This document shows positions 39,921-53,029 of a stretch of 64,000 nucleotides of DNA, in pieces. Position 1 is the first letter of the stretch. Every line of letters starts with the position of its first letter. Origin of the DNA: Octopus sinensis. Lineage: Eukaryota. A program made the translations under genes and the position numbers. The stretch lies in the NCBI RefSeq assembly GCF_006345805.1, contig NC_043004.1:88846001-88910000 (forward strand). The letters run 5' to 3'. The notes below the pieces were generated by a model. It saw nothing but the letters and a program-made list of their open reading frames with translations. It was not told the DNA's origin and did no database searches.

Positions 39921-40963
39921 CAAAATTCAATTAAGTTATTATCTTTAAAAAATAATTATAACAGAAAGTGAAATCAATTGATACTGGGGTATCATGCCTC
40001 CTCTTTTGTAGTTTTACAAATGAGATGACTGTCCTTTTTTTGTTTTTTAGTATATTTGCTACATTCTTCTTGTAAATTTTTATATATAGTGAGACATATA
40101 AATCCCGTTCAGTCTATCTGTTTGTACTCGAGTATTGTTCATCCGATCGTGCTGAAATTTTAAACATGGATGCATGAGAGAGCGGGGCGTTCCGTAATTT
40201 CAAAAGATTTTCAAAACTGTCAGTTTCAAAGTGAGAATCGCTATTTTTGTAATCTTCTAGTCCTGTTCCTTCCGCCATTAAAAGTAACGATGTGCTCAGA
40301 CAGCCGGCACAAACCATTTCCCTGGCAACAAGGGGAGTATAGGATGACAGTCAGACAAAACTGTCGTTATACTGTCTCTTTTTTTTCTCCCTCTTTCTGT
40401 CTTTCTCTCTGTGCGCCTCTCTCTCTATACGTAGAGGACCCAATGCGATTATCTTAAAGCAACAGTTGTCAAATGCAAAAGCCAAAGAACTGTTAATACG
40501 CGCATATATACATACATAAGACAGTATAATGTTTTGAGGGAGATTTGGTTGCTATTTCTACTAGGTCTAGCTACCATGTAGAGGCCTTCATTATTGGCTT
40601 ATACATACGTGTATACATACATAAGACAGCAAGGTGCGATTTGAGGGAGATTGGGCTGTTACTTCTAGCAGGTCTGGTTACCATGTAGACGTCTCCTTAA
40701 TTGGCTCATCTAATATATAAATTCAATTCTATCTGATTTTGTGCGTTTATAACTAGAGTATTGTTCATTCGATCGCGCTGAAATTTTAAACATGGATACA
40801 TGAGGGTGCGGGGCATGTGAGATAATACTTTCAGTTTGAAAGAAGTCTCTCCTATATGTGTGTGTATGTGTGTGTGTGTGTGTGTGGTGTGTGTGTGTGC
40901 GTGTGTGGTGTGTGTATGTATGATGTATGTATGTATATATGTATATATGTGTGTTATATATAT

Positions 40964-41014
<51 letters not shown>

Positions 41015-41033
41015 GTATGTATATATGTATATA

Positions 41034-41066
<33 letters not shown>

Positions 41067-41093
41067 GTAGGTCCCGGGTGATTCGGGGTTAAC

Positions 41094-41193
41094 NNNNNNN
41101 NNNNNNNNNNNNNNNNNNNNNNNNNNNNNNNNNNNNNNNNNNNNNNNNNNNNNNNNNNNNNNNNNNNNNNNNNNNNNNNNNNNNNNNNNNNNN
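41094..41193. other. Assembly gap (100 N placeholder; true length unknown)
   Basis: Run of exactly 100 n. Confidence 1.
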
Positions 41194-41609
41194 GCTGCCG
41201 CTCTGGGTCTCTAATTCTCATTTGGAAATATTCCATCAGCTCTGTAAGTGGTGCTGTTCTTGCAACAACATTTCGCTTCATCTCTTTGTTCATAATTGAT
41301 ACAAAATCATTTGTTCGCCGGACATATAGCAAAGCATATTTTCAACAGATGGCTTTCGGTCGTATAGAGGATATGTACAAATCTGACAATCATTGCTGAG
41401 ATGTAACGTGTATTTACAAAAGACTCGATCATAACTTCATATGTTCGACGTGGGAACTATTTCCCCGATCATCTTGGATACTGTATGTTATCTTATCTGA
41501 GCTTTTTGCGATGAATTTCTATATGTATTTCGTAGGCTGGACTCTATGGACAAGTTTACTGCTAAAATGACATTGATATGTCAGTGAGAAGAAAGAGAAA
41601 GAGATATTG

Positions 41610-42018
41610 GAGGCGTAGGAGTGGCTGTGTGGTAAGTAGCTTGCTTACCAACCACATGGTTGCGGGTTTATTGCCACTGCGTGGCACCTTGGGCAAGTGT
41701 CTTCTACTATAGCCTCGGGCCGACCAAAGCCTTGTGAGTGGATTTGGTAGACGGAAACTGAAAGAAGCCCGTCATATATATGTATATATATATATATGTA
41801 TGTGTGTATATTTTGTGCGTCTGTGATTGTCCCCGACCATCCTACAGTGAAACCGATGGTGGTGTGCTTACGTCACAGTAACTTAGCGTTCGGCAAAAAG
41901 ACCGATAGAATAAGTACTAGGCTTACAAAGAATAAGTCCTGGGTCGATTGCTCGACTAAGGCGGTGCTCCAGCATGGCCGCAGTCAAATGACTGTAACAA
42001 GTAAAAGAGTAAAAGAGT
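41610..42018 (+). mobile_element. SINE family A
   Basis: Full length. Confidence 0.9.
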
Positions 42019-42400
42019 AATATGTATTGTGTGTGTGTGTGTGTATGTATAAATATATGTATATAAATATAATCAAACATTTGTTTGTTTGGGTTTTTTT
42101 TTATAAGCGACGAAATGTGTAGCGATCGATATAAATTAGATGATATTTTCTCGAATGCAGAATTACCGTTAAAACAGCAAAAGTACTAGGTAAATTTACT
42201 CTTACAAAGCGGTAAAATTTGTCAACAACCAGCCATGGATTTCGAATCTATATCCCTCAAATTCAACGGCTGAGTGTTTTACCATTAAGCTAAACTTCCC
42301 GCTGACAAAGTCATCCCTGATTTTAGACGCTAAATAACTAAATGTACAACAGTGTAAGTGTATGTGTGTGTGTGTATATATATATATCTGCAAATATATA

Positions 42401-42596
42401 TGTGACAATTATTCGGTAGCCATGATAAAACTCCGATTTTCGGATGTCGGTGCAGAAACTCACGCCACTATCTCTTCAGTTATCCGGCATCGAAAAATTT
42501 TTTTCGATGCCCGGATAACTGAAGAGATGGCGGCGTGGGTTTCCGCACCGACATCCGAAACTCGGAGTTTATCATGGCTACCGAATAATTGTCACA
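42401..42596. mobile_element. Fully palindromic (fold-back) MITE, 196 bp, TA TSD
   Basis: TA|TGTGACAATTATTCGGTAGCC...GGCTACCGAATAATTGTCACA|TA. Arms of about 97 bp differ by 5 substitutions and 2 single-base indels. Confidence 0.9.
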
Positions 42597-42810
42597 TATT
42601 ATATTTACAGATAAATTACTATTTGAGTGTTATCGTTCATCTGTCCAGACCATCAGACATATGACAGTTCGGGGACTGTCATCAAACTTATGTCTGAAAA
42701 TCCACAAAGACCCGCTGGGGTTTTACAATTGTAACCAAGGAGAATGGAGTGAGCAATTCCTTATTATATTTATAAATACATACATACATATATATATACA
42801 TACATATATA

Positions 42811-42869
<59 letters not shown>

Positions 42870-43422
42870 ATACAGTAAAGTGTGGCACGCAACCTAAATC
42901 GGGCTTGGTAGTGGATACCACGCTCCATTCCAGTATCTTGTGTAAGTACGATGCGGGGTACCAGCATTGGGATAGGATAGAGTGCAGATTATGAGCCAAA
43001 TAATAGAAAAATAATTAGAAAACAGGTGTGTTGAGCAAAGTTTTATTGGACATAATACACACGTCTTGTCAGAATGCTGTAATAATTACATAACATTGTT
43101 AGAAACATTATGTAATCATGCATTTCACTTTATCAGTGTCCCGCAATCGATGTTGAGGCTCTAAACATATACGCTTTTCTCTGTGATGCAAATGGTCAAC
43201 GACCTCGTGTATTACATAAAATAGCAGGCAAGACATCATATCGAGGTAGTCCAGACAACGCCACGCTTTTCTCAAAACCAAATATGTACGCCCGGCAAGA
43301 AAGAGAGAGAGAGAAAGACAGAGAAAGAGGGAGAGGAGAGAGACAAAGGGAGAGAACGAAAAGAGAAAACTTGTAAAATCTTTAAAAAAAACAAGGAAAA
43401 TGAAACAATGGGAAAAGATAAC

Positions 43423-43636
43423 CTTTTCTACTATAGGCACAAGGCCTGACATTTTGAGGGAAGGAGTAAGTCGATCACATCGACCCCAGTACTCAACTGG
43501 TACTTAATTTATCGACCTCGAAAGGATGAAAGGCAAAGTCGACCTCGGCGGAATTTGAACTCAGAGCGTAGCAGCAGACGAAATACTGCTAAGCATTTCG
43601 CCCGGCGTGCTAACGACTCTGCCAGCTCGCCGCCTT
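43423..43636 (-). mobile_element. SINE family B, young
   Basis: Perfect 17-bp TSD CAATGGGAAAAGATAAC (43406-43422 / 43638-43654). Confidence 0.92.
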
Positions 43637-44164
43637 TCAATGGGAAAAGATAACGCCAATCAGTTTCCTAGCAGGAGGTCAATTCGGTCATAAATCGATT
43701 AGCGCTGTCTGAAAAATATAAATACATATCTAATGTAAAAAAATATTAAGCCAAATGCATACAGATTCACTCAAACATTTTTATTTAAAAACATTATCTT
43801 TTGTGACTGATCAGTAGACAAAGACTCCAGTTTCAAGATAATCTCAATATAACGTAATATTATTAAGCTCTGAAATGTAACTTTATAAATATATCATTGT
43901 CGACGTTATCGTTATAAAAAGCGTGTTTGTCGATAAGTATATGTATGCATATATATATATATGAATAAAATGTTGATGTAGATATTTATTTGTATGGATA
44001 TACATATGTGGAGGTGTGGGTTCGTGTCTCAAGCGTACGGGAAACCCTTTTTCTGTCGAGGTCTTATATACTCCAATATTAGACTATTTACTTTAGTCGA
44101 TGCACAGTGATCGCTTATAAGCCTTAAGGCTATAAATATTATTATTATTATTATTATTATTACT

Positions 44165-44754
44165 TTTTTTTCCTCTTTCAAATTTGCTTCCATTTCTTGC
44201 CGAGTGTCTTCCCGACTCCTAGGGCAAAGAAACTCATAGTACACACCGGTAGGCCATCAAACCAAACTCAATAATTCGTTCTTTTTTTTTTTTAAGTTAA
44301 ATTAAAATACATGGGTAGTAATAATTCTCACATCGACAATGCTCTTCTCAATACGTGTGATATACCAGTTAAGACAATCTTTTACACTTCTTGCAGGGAT
44401 GGTAAGCCAGGGATCATTCTCATATAATTTTCGGTTCCCTTCTTATCATTCCTAGTGCTCCTACGATCACTGGTATTGTAACCGCCTTGAGATGCCACAT
44501 TTTCTCAATTTCAGTGAGTAGGTCTTTATATTTTCTGAGCTTGTCAAACTCGTTCGCTGAGATATTATGATCATAGGGGATGCTCATGTCGATCAATAAG
44601 CAAACTTTATTGTTTTGGTCTTTCACAACAATATCTGGTTTATTGGCCTTGATGGTTCGGTCTGTATGTACTGGAAAGTCCTACAGAATGGTTACATTTT
44701 CTCCTTCAGTTACAGCCTCAGGGCGGTGATTATACCACTTGTCGGCAGTTTTGA

Positions 44755-44755
<1 letters not shown>
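44165..44755 (-). mobile_element. RLE LINE 3' end with UTR and (TAA)n on both sides
   Basis: QTDRTIKANKPDIVVKDQNNKVCLLIDMSIPYDHNISANEFDKLRKYKDLL... with a frameshift. UTR also seen at 36760-36850. Confidence 0.85.
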
Positions 44756-44819
<64 letters not shown>

Positions 44820-44822
<3 letters not shown>

Positions 44823-45170
44823 TATGTTTGACTTTTGCTTTATGTCTGTACAAGTTGGCTCCAAGTCTCACCCAGAAACCTCAAGAGACAACAGGTTGGA
44901 AGTTCTGTGCCATATATTTGGGGTTTTTTTTGGTTTTATTTTTGGTGTTGTACTAGTGAATGTTTAATACATAAAAATAAATTTTAAAAAAAATAAAAAT
45001 AAATAAATAATTAAATAAAAAAAGTTTGTTTTAAACCTTGGGATTACATAGAGAGTATTTTGCGTAGGATATGAGCAGTTCCCATGAGCACTATCTTTTG
45101 AATTTCTACCATTTTGGGGTTTCCTGGTATCTGAGTTAGGTAGCTATCAGTCCCTTTCGCTATCATTCCC
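44820..45170 (-). mobile_element. RLE LINE 3' end, different subfamily
   Basis: KGTDSYLTQIPGNPKMVEIQKIVLMGTAHILRKILSM*, bounded by (TAA)n tracts. Confidence 0.8.
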
Positions 45171-45222
<52 letters not shown>

Positions 45223-45278
45223 CATGTACAGAAGTGTAAAATTCGGCACTGCTTACAAAGTAATTGCAGACATATATA

Positions 45279-45840
45279 TATCGTATCAGGACAATTCCCC
45301 CCGACAACTACCCACTGGGACAATTACCCCCTTGGTTAATTACTCCTCCAATATGTTAAGAATTTTTAAATCATCATCTAAAAGTGAAAATTATACGCGG
45401 TTCCTTGCAAATATTGTATCACATTCATGTTTTCATAATTGCTAACTACGGCATTAATACGGGCTAAAACATCTAAATGTTTCTTTCTGGGTGTCTCTTT
45501 AGCAAAACCCATCAAGGATAGGGCCGTAAGTACTTGTTGTAATGCTTGCTCTCTTTTGATATATTCGCCGCTCATGAATCGGAGAAGGGCAAAATGTCAA
45601 AGTATTGGCCGCTCTCTGACAGATTTACAGTGAAAACCTTCGACGTTCTTGGGCCCCCGGAGTACATCTCTGCTCACTGCTAGCTTGGCAGAGATGGCTA
45701 TCTACTAGCGCGGGCCCTAACAGTCGGATTGGGCGCTCCAGCGCATCTTCCTTGCAATCCTCTGAGACCACACCTCTTCCGTTTTGTCCGACGGGATCAT
45801 GAGGTGGACTGCGAAGTCTTTTTAGTTATAGCTGTTGTAT
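45279..45840 (-). mobile_element. MULE (Mutator-like) transposase C-terminal remnant with subterminal repeats
   Basis: Minus frame ...KNVEGFH...KREQALQQV...RINAVVSNYENMNVIQYLQGTAYNFHF* with stops, resembling invertebrate MULE C-termini (N.VEG.H; YL.G.A.N). Repeated GGACAATT(C/A)CCC motifs at 45279-45335. Confidence 0.6.
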
Positions 45841-46724
45841 CTAAAAAAAAATAAATGCAAAACAAAAATAAGTTTCAAGAATATACACTAGTAACAAACA
45901 ATACTATTAAACACAAACTTAGAATGAATCTTCTTATAGCTATGACAACAGTCATACTAAAAAAAAGTTAGTACCATTTTAATAATTATAAACTTTCGCA
46001 TTATTAATATATTTTAATATATTTCTAGTCGTATTATATTGTATTCTGAGAAATCAACTGTGATAAATAATTCGTGACTGGAGAAATGAGATTTGTAATA
46101 CTTAAAGTTTGCTTATTTATTTCTAGACTCAAACAAGTCATTTTGCTTTTGGGAAGTATTTTAGTTGTAGTCTGTTTTTGTTTTTTGTCATAGCAAAGGT
46201 TTTTCAAGTATCATAGTGCGTTTATTATGTAATATTTATGTATGTATAACATAATATATGCATACATATGTATGTATGTATTTATGTGTAATATAACTTA
46301 TGCATACATTCTAGTCCAATGTTTCTTATATATTAATAAAACAATATAAGATTTACGATCGTTTTTTTTCTTTTTACTTATTACTTTCGAATATACATTT
46401 GCAATACAATCATATCTTTCTATTAATAATATATACGACAGACAATATGTTGTTCAAAAAGTGAATGAAGACTTATATATTTATTTTAGTTTACGATGTC
46501 ATCTGTGATGGATGTTTCGTGACTCGAGAAGTTGAAGCTGTAATAGATGTAAACACTTCTAACGTTTAGCGTCTAGTTCTTGAATCCAAAAAGATTTTTC
46601 AAGTTATAGCTTCAATTTATAAATATATATGTATACCTGTGTGTGAGTATATATGTATGTGTATATATATACGTAGTATATATACACGTACATGTGTGTG
46701 TATGTATGCATAATTATATATATG

Positions 46725-46756
<32 letters not shown>

Positions 46757-46812
46757 TATATATACATACATATATGTATATATATTAATATGTGTTACAT
46801 AATATATATATG

Positions 46813-46884
<72 letters not shown>

Positions 46885-47593
46885 GTCTTTAAAGTTATCT
46901 CTATACAAATTGTAGTCACTATTGAAAATCTATAGAAAATCTGTGGATAAATTTAGAGTAGATGAATCACACTGCTAACACGACAGGACATTGTATTGAC
47001 TTATAAAGTATTTAATATACTTGATGGTATATTATGGTTTCATAACAAAATAAGTTGTACTTATGAGTAATTGATGTGTGTATACATATTTGTGTGTGTG
47101 TGTGTGTGTGTGGACGGGTCGATAGATGTATATTATAAATTTGGATGAAAAGATGTAAAGTATTTTAAGGCACAAAAACAATTAACCGTAACTTTTGCAC
47201 ACACACACACACACAATACACACAGATACACATACATGTATGTATGTATGTATATATGTATGTATGATTGGACGCGCTTGACACACGACAATTAAACCAT
47301 CCAGTTTTCAGCTCTAGACGTCCACCGTCGCTTGTACTCACAGGTCATCTGCATTCGAGGCTTAGCTATGACGTAATGCAAACAGCACAGCAAGAACACG
47401 AGAAAAAAATTGTGGGCATTGATTTGGCACTCCTTTATTTCATATGTTATTCAGCAACACATGACGTCACACTATACCTACAAGCCGTATGTGTATAATA
47501 TATATATATATATGTGTGTATGTATGTATATATATGCAACGTGTTAATCCGATATCGTTAAATTAATAAGGGAAGTTATACCGCTCACCTAAA

Positions 47594-47679
47594 ATTTTCC
47601 TGAAGAGAAGGCTGCAAAATGGACTCCTTATTCAATCCGAATTAGGGACTTTGCAGCCTTTGAAACATATGTAGAAAAT
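47594..47679 (+). ncRNA. Type I hammerhead ribozyme motif (probably from a Penelope-like terminal repeat)
   Basis: ATTTTC-CTGAAGA-[12-bp helix II, GAAGGCTGCAAA/TTTGCAGCCTTT]-GAAA-CATATG-TA-GAAAAT. Full catalytic core, 6-bp helix I, palindromic helix III ACATATGT, predicted cleavage after GUA 47673. Confidence 0.75.
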
Positions 47680-47717
47680 AATAAAAAGGAATTTTGTTAA
47701 ATCTTCGTTTCTTCCTA

Positions 47718-47751
<34 letters not shown>

Positions 47752-47960
47752 GAGATAGGGGTTAAAAATTCAACCCACCATGGGATAACATATTATATTT
47801 TATATTTTATATTTCTATTTCCTTGTCTAATTATATTTACAATATATTTTGTATAATGCCTTTACTGTTATGTAATGGTGTAATAAAGAATTGATTGGGT
47901 ATCATCTGTTGGTTGATGTTTGATTGATTTAAGTATGTTTCTCCATTTTCTAATTTTGTG

Positions 47961-47994
<34 letters not shown>

Positions 47995-48821
47995 TACAAC
48001 ACATGTGAGTGAGACACTTTGAGATATTTTTGGTATCTAACATATGTCAGATACTGCGAGCGCTGCTTCTGATTGGTCAATCCATGGTGATGACCCGACG
48101 TCACGGTGACGGCACTACTTTTGTCATTCATAAGTTACAACTAAACGTGAAGAATTTAGTTATTGGGTTAATAAAATATGGTCGTTTATATTCGTGTGTA
48201 ATAAATAAAATACCAAACTCATGCCTATGGATACCGTTTTATTACAACTCGTTTACAAGCCACTCGTTGTAATAAATACGGTATCCATAGGGAACTCGTT
48301 GGTATTCTCTATATATATCAGTCAAACTAATGCATCTGCTTGTTATTCCTGCACCTGTCTTCGTCTTTTGTTGTTTTCTGTAAATATATCCTTTTATATA
48401 TGTGTGCTGCAAGATTCTTGAAGTGAAACCGTGCGTTGAAACAGATATTGTTGTATTTCGAGATTTTTTCCCTCTTTTTGCCAAATAAACAGGCGCACTA
48501 TATAATCCCCTTTTCACTCATTTATTACTGTTCTTATTCTAATTTATGTTTATCGTCCGGAAATCTTTCGTCACACCTCTGTGAACTCTTCAGCGACACT
48601 TTCTGTCTTCGTGTGTACTCTTGCTCCGCTTTTATACATATACACACATACGCGAGTAAATATACGGGTAAAACCCTTGTGGTATGCTATAAAAGCTCGT
48701 ATAAAGTCTTACTCAAAGAAGGTGCATTTCACACCTTGAATTGGTGATAATGATTACACAACATCTCACCAATGAACAAGTGTAAAAATGTGTCGAAACA
48801 ATTGTAATGTTATAGATAATG

Positions 48822-48889
<68 letters not shown>

Positions 48890-49321
48890 TATGTATGTAT
48901 GTGTATGTATATACTTACATATATATGTATATACATATGCATATATGGGTTCAGGACGTCACAGAAGGTAAACAACAGGAAATACGAAATACGAAAATAT
49001 GGAATACGAACTTTTTGCGAACAGCGAAAGAAACAATAGTATCGATAATGCCCGAATTGCGTTTCCTCCTCTTGCTGATAACTGATGAAGAATTTGTGAC
49101 CTTTGTGTGTTTTCTGTTCGCCTGTGCATTTAGTATGTGTTCGTTTGTTTATTTACACTACGTTTATTTTAATTATATAATATAGATATGTCATATTTTC
49201 CGTTTGTTGTCTTTTTATTTAATCCTGAAGATATTATTTATGTAACGCACGCACTCATTAATCTTTTACCTATATATATATATATGTGTGCGTGTGTATG
49301 TGTGCGTGTGTGTGTGTGTGA

Positions 49322-49353
<32 letters not shown>

Positions 49354-49437
49354 GTGTAGTTCAAATTTACAGAAAACAAACGACGATGACAGGTGAAAGA
49401 ACAACAAGCAGAGTTTGAAGGTTTTTTAGTTATAGAA

Positions 49438-49529
49438 ATCGACCCCAGGACTTACTCTTTGGAACCCTAGCACTTATTCTATCGGTTTCTTTTTCCAAAA
49501 CGCTAAGCTACGGGGACGTGTATATATAT

Positions 49530-49570
<41 letters not shown>

Positions 49571-49800
49571 GGCGTAGGAGTGACTGTGTGACAAGAAGTT
49601 TGCTGCCTGGTCACTAGGTCAAATAGATTTGGACGATGGAAACTGAAAAAAGCCCGTCGTATATACGTGTTTGTGGGCCGGAGGGGGCTAGCTTCGTGCT
49701 TGTCCCAGACAACCGCTTGTTGACTTCCTTTCCATCCCAGCAACTTAGAAGTTCGACGAAATTAACCGATAGAATAGTCGAATGACTGAGACAAGTAAAT
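49438..49800. mobile_element. Two partial family A SINEs (minus 49438-49530; plus, internally deleted, 49570-49800)
   Basis: Recognisable body, head and tail segments. Confidence 0.65.
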
Positions 49801-50727
49801 GTTTTTTTTAGATATATCGTAGTAATATCTAATGTAGTTGTGGTTTACGACCAGTCAGGACGTTACCATTGGTTTCACACTTTTTATACTTTAGCAATAT
49901 AGGACGTCTCCCACGGCTAAGAACGTAAAAGGCGCGAAAGCAAAGGTGACCCCCTGACCGGCCATACCAGCCACATAGTTTCGGGTTCATTCACACTGCG
50001 TGGCACCTTAGAACCTAGGGTTGGATTCAAAATTCTACCAGGACACCTGATGAAGGCTGGAGAGTAAATCAGCCGAAATTTTGTGGTGCACAAACAAGAT
50101 GAGGACAATAGCCGTCCAATGTAAAAATTAAATATTGTCAAATCCTCATCCTAAAATATAGAACAATTTATGATCAAAATTCCATGTTGACTTATATTGT
50201 ACACTCCATAAAGTATAGTCATCAAAGTTCATAGATGATGATTGTTTCAAAAATTCCATGACTTAATCTTGCATTACTATGATGTATCCGATTCGTACAT
50301 TATCTTCTCAATCAGTGATCCTCGTCATACCTAGAAACAATAATTCCAGCAACTCTCTAAAAAAATAATATGCCGAAGTGTTTGTCTATCGCTTAAATAT
50401 AGGACATTAATCAATGTTTATAGTGGACGGCACAGCGGTCACGTTTATAAACATGATTGAAGATAAGTCAAAATGAATTTGTAGAAATAATTGTAAACTA
50501 TGAAACAAAAATAATAACGCAAACTCCACTTTTCAGTGCTTATTACTTCTGTAACCCCTCAGAGGAAACATGACTCCTCCTTCACTCCTCTCCACCCTTC
50601 ATTTATGGTTGAGAATAATTCTATAATTGTTGTAAACTGGAATGGAACTTACTCTCTTTCTGCTCACATCCATTCACCATTTAATGCTACTTGCTTTGCA
50701 TCTTTTAGAGAGATAGATTAGATATAA

Positions 50728-51122
50728 CTAGCAGTATCGCCCGGCGTTGCTCGGGTTTGTAAGGGAAATAACTATATAAGCATTTTTAGAGAGTTATAGC
50801 CAAAAAATAGCAAAACAAAATGCATTAAAAATGGAAAAAAAATGATGGTAAATTTTTTTTTAAATCGTTGACTCATCGTAGACATTTTTAGAGAGTTACT
50901 TCCCTTATATAATATCGAAAAAATGCATTAAAATGGAAAAAATGGTAAATTTTTTTTTAATCGTAGACTCATCGTAGACGCGCGCTAATACCCAGAAGGG
51001 CTCGATATGAATCACGACTATAAGATACCCGGTTTTGGTTAAACTGCACCGCAAAATGTGGGAGTAGTTAGGAATCTAAATCGTAGGAGACAGACACACA
51101 ACCTCTCTTTTATATATAAAGA
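50728..51122 (-). mobile_element. Complete non-autonomous Helitron (395 bp)
   Basis: On the minus strand: A|TCTTTATATATAAAAG at the 5' end, subterminal hairpin CCCGAGCAACGCCGGG, and terminal CTAG|T. No TSD; inserted between A and T. Confidence 0.85.
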
Positions 51123-51159
51123 TAAACTCAAAGAGCAACTAGAAAGTGACAGTAGTTTC

Positions 51160-51585
51160 TAACTTAGGATGTCTCATAGATAGTGGTGGCAATGGTGTTG
51201 GAGGTGGTAGATGTGGTTATCATGGCAGTGGTGGTGTAGTGGTGACAGTGGATGTGTATGATGGCAGAAATTATATGTGTGTTTTTTGTAGAGATGGTGG
51301 TGGTGGTGGCGGCAGTGGATGATGATGATAATGATGATGATAGTAGTAGTAGCATTGATTATGTTAGGATGTCTCATGGATGGTAGTGTTGAAGATATTG
51401 CAGAGTGTAGTGGTGGTGAAATTGGTGATTTTGAATATGATGCTGGTATTGATCTTGGGGTTGTGTTTGCAGAAGATGGTTGTGGTGGTGGCATTCGAGG
51501 TTGTAGTAATGGTTGTAGTGGTGGTTGTGAAGATGATTCTGATATTGATAGTCTTTGCATTGAGGTGGTGGCAGAGTCAGAGTAA
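51160..51585. repeat. Degenerate (GGT/GAT/TGT)n low-complexity tract
   Basis: TTAGGATGTCTCAT recurs at about 51163 and 51364. Confidence 0.8.
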
Positions 51586-52987
51586 ATAATAAGAGCCGAG
51601 TTAACACAAGATTCTTAAATTTCGGAGATCATAAGATAGAGAGCAAGAAGTTAAAAGTTCCAATACTGGCCCAATACCTACACCCCAGATTCTTCAACTA
51701 TTTTATAAGAAAAGGGTTAATGGCAGGATAGGGATTCAGCTTTAAAATAAATTGTATAACAAAAAATACATAAATAAATTACTGCTCCAACGATGTAATT
51801 TTAGTATGTGTGTGTGTGTAAGCAATGCAAACAATGGAAAATAATTTAAACACTCATTTTCTGATGTCTAAGGATGGATATTTATGCGTATGAATCTTTT
51901 TCTTTTTATTTTCTTTGAAATATAATTCTAGGGAACTGAAAAAGCTGTGTACGATGCCAAGCGAATTTAGCTGTTTACGATGAACGGATGTTTACGTTAC
52001 AAACGAATCTGTAGGTCTGTTTACATGTTTACGTTAACTACGTCGCAAAATAGCTGTTTACGTCACAGTAACAATATTTTGAGAGGCAGTAAATAATATG
52101 AGGCCGAAAGAAAGAATATCATTGGTTAAAATTCGAATTATTAAACAACGTTAAACTTAGAAATTACAATTCCGTTTTCATTTTGGTTTACAATTATGTT
52201 TTCTTTTGACACATTCTACCAGTATACGAAGTTTCAAATTGTTTAGTTAACTAAGAAAATCTGGCCTTCAAACTGAAAAGATCCCACATTCGTACACACA
52301 CACACGTACGTACACACACACACGTACGTACACACACGCACACACACGTACGTACACACACACATGCACACACACTTAAACACAAACGTAAACACACACA
52401 CACGTAAACACACATAAACACACAGGTACCCATACACTCGAATACATGTTCGCACAAACATACATAACACCACGTGTGTTCAGTTTGGATTTTTTTTCCT
52501 TTTTCTCACCACTTTAGCGACATCAGTTTAAAATTTCCAGCGTACAGTGTAATTTGGTATCACTAAGGCATCAAAAAACATTCCACAAAATAACTAACGA
52601 ATGCGATGTTGCTCAATGAATCCGACATATCTACCATCTTATCTGTTGCATTGTATGTCCTAATGAGTTGATTCAGTGACTTTATAAAGGAATGCTTAAT
52701 TTATTTGGTTGTCAAGTTGTTGTGGGGGAGGGGAACAAACACAACCACGTACACAGACATACACATACATATTACATATTATTTATTACATACACACACA
52801 TATAAAATAGAATTTTTGCAATAGAATTTTTATCTATTTATTTTATTGTTTAGAGGAAAAGGAAACACTAATAATTAATTATTCTGCATGCAGTTCCTCT
52901 GAAACTAATAGAAGGAAAAGGTAGACCGGAGACTTCATCAAAATTTGCGACTGTTAAAGCTGTTTAAACTAACTGGTGGCTGTGTTT

Positions 52988-53029
<42 letters not shown>

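Noticed and set aside
45815-45870. Strong minus-strand acceptor at 45841 suggesting a nested antisense gene
   Set aside because: All three frames hit stops within 15 codons; the downstream sequence is a decayed MULE remnant.
51164-51607. ORFs rich in Asp/Gly/Cys or His/Thr/Pro
   Set aside because: Degenerate trinucleotide low-complexity DNA, open in several frames on both strands.
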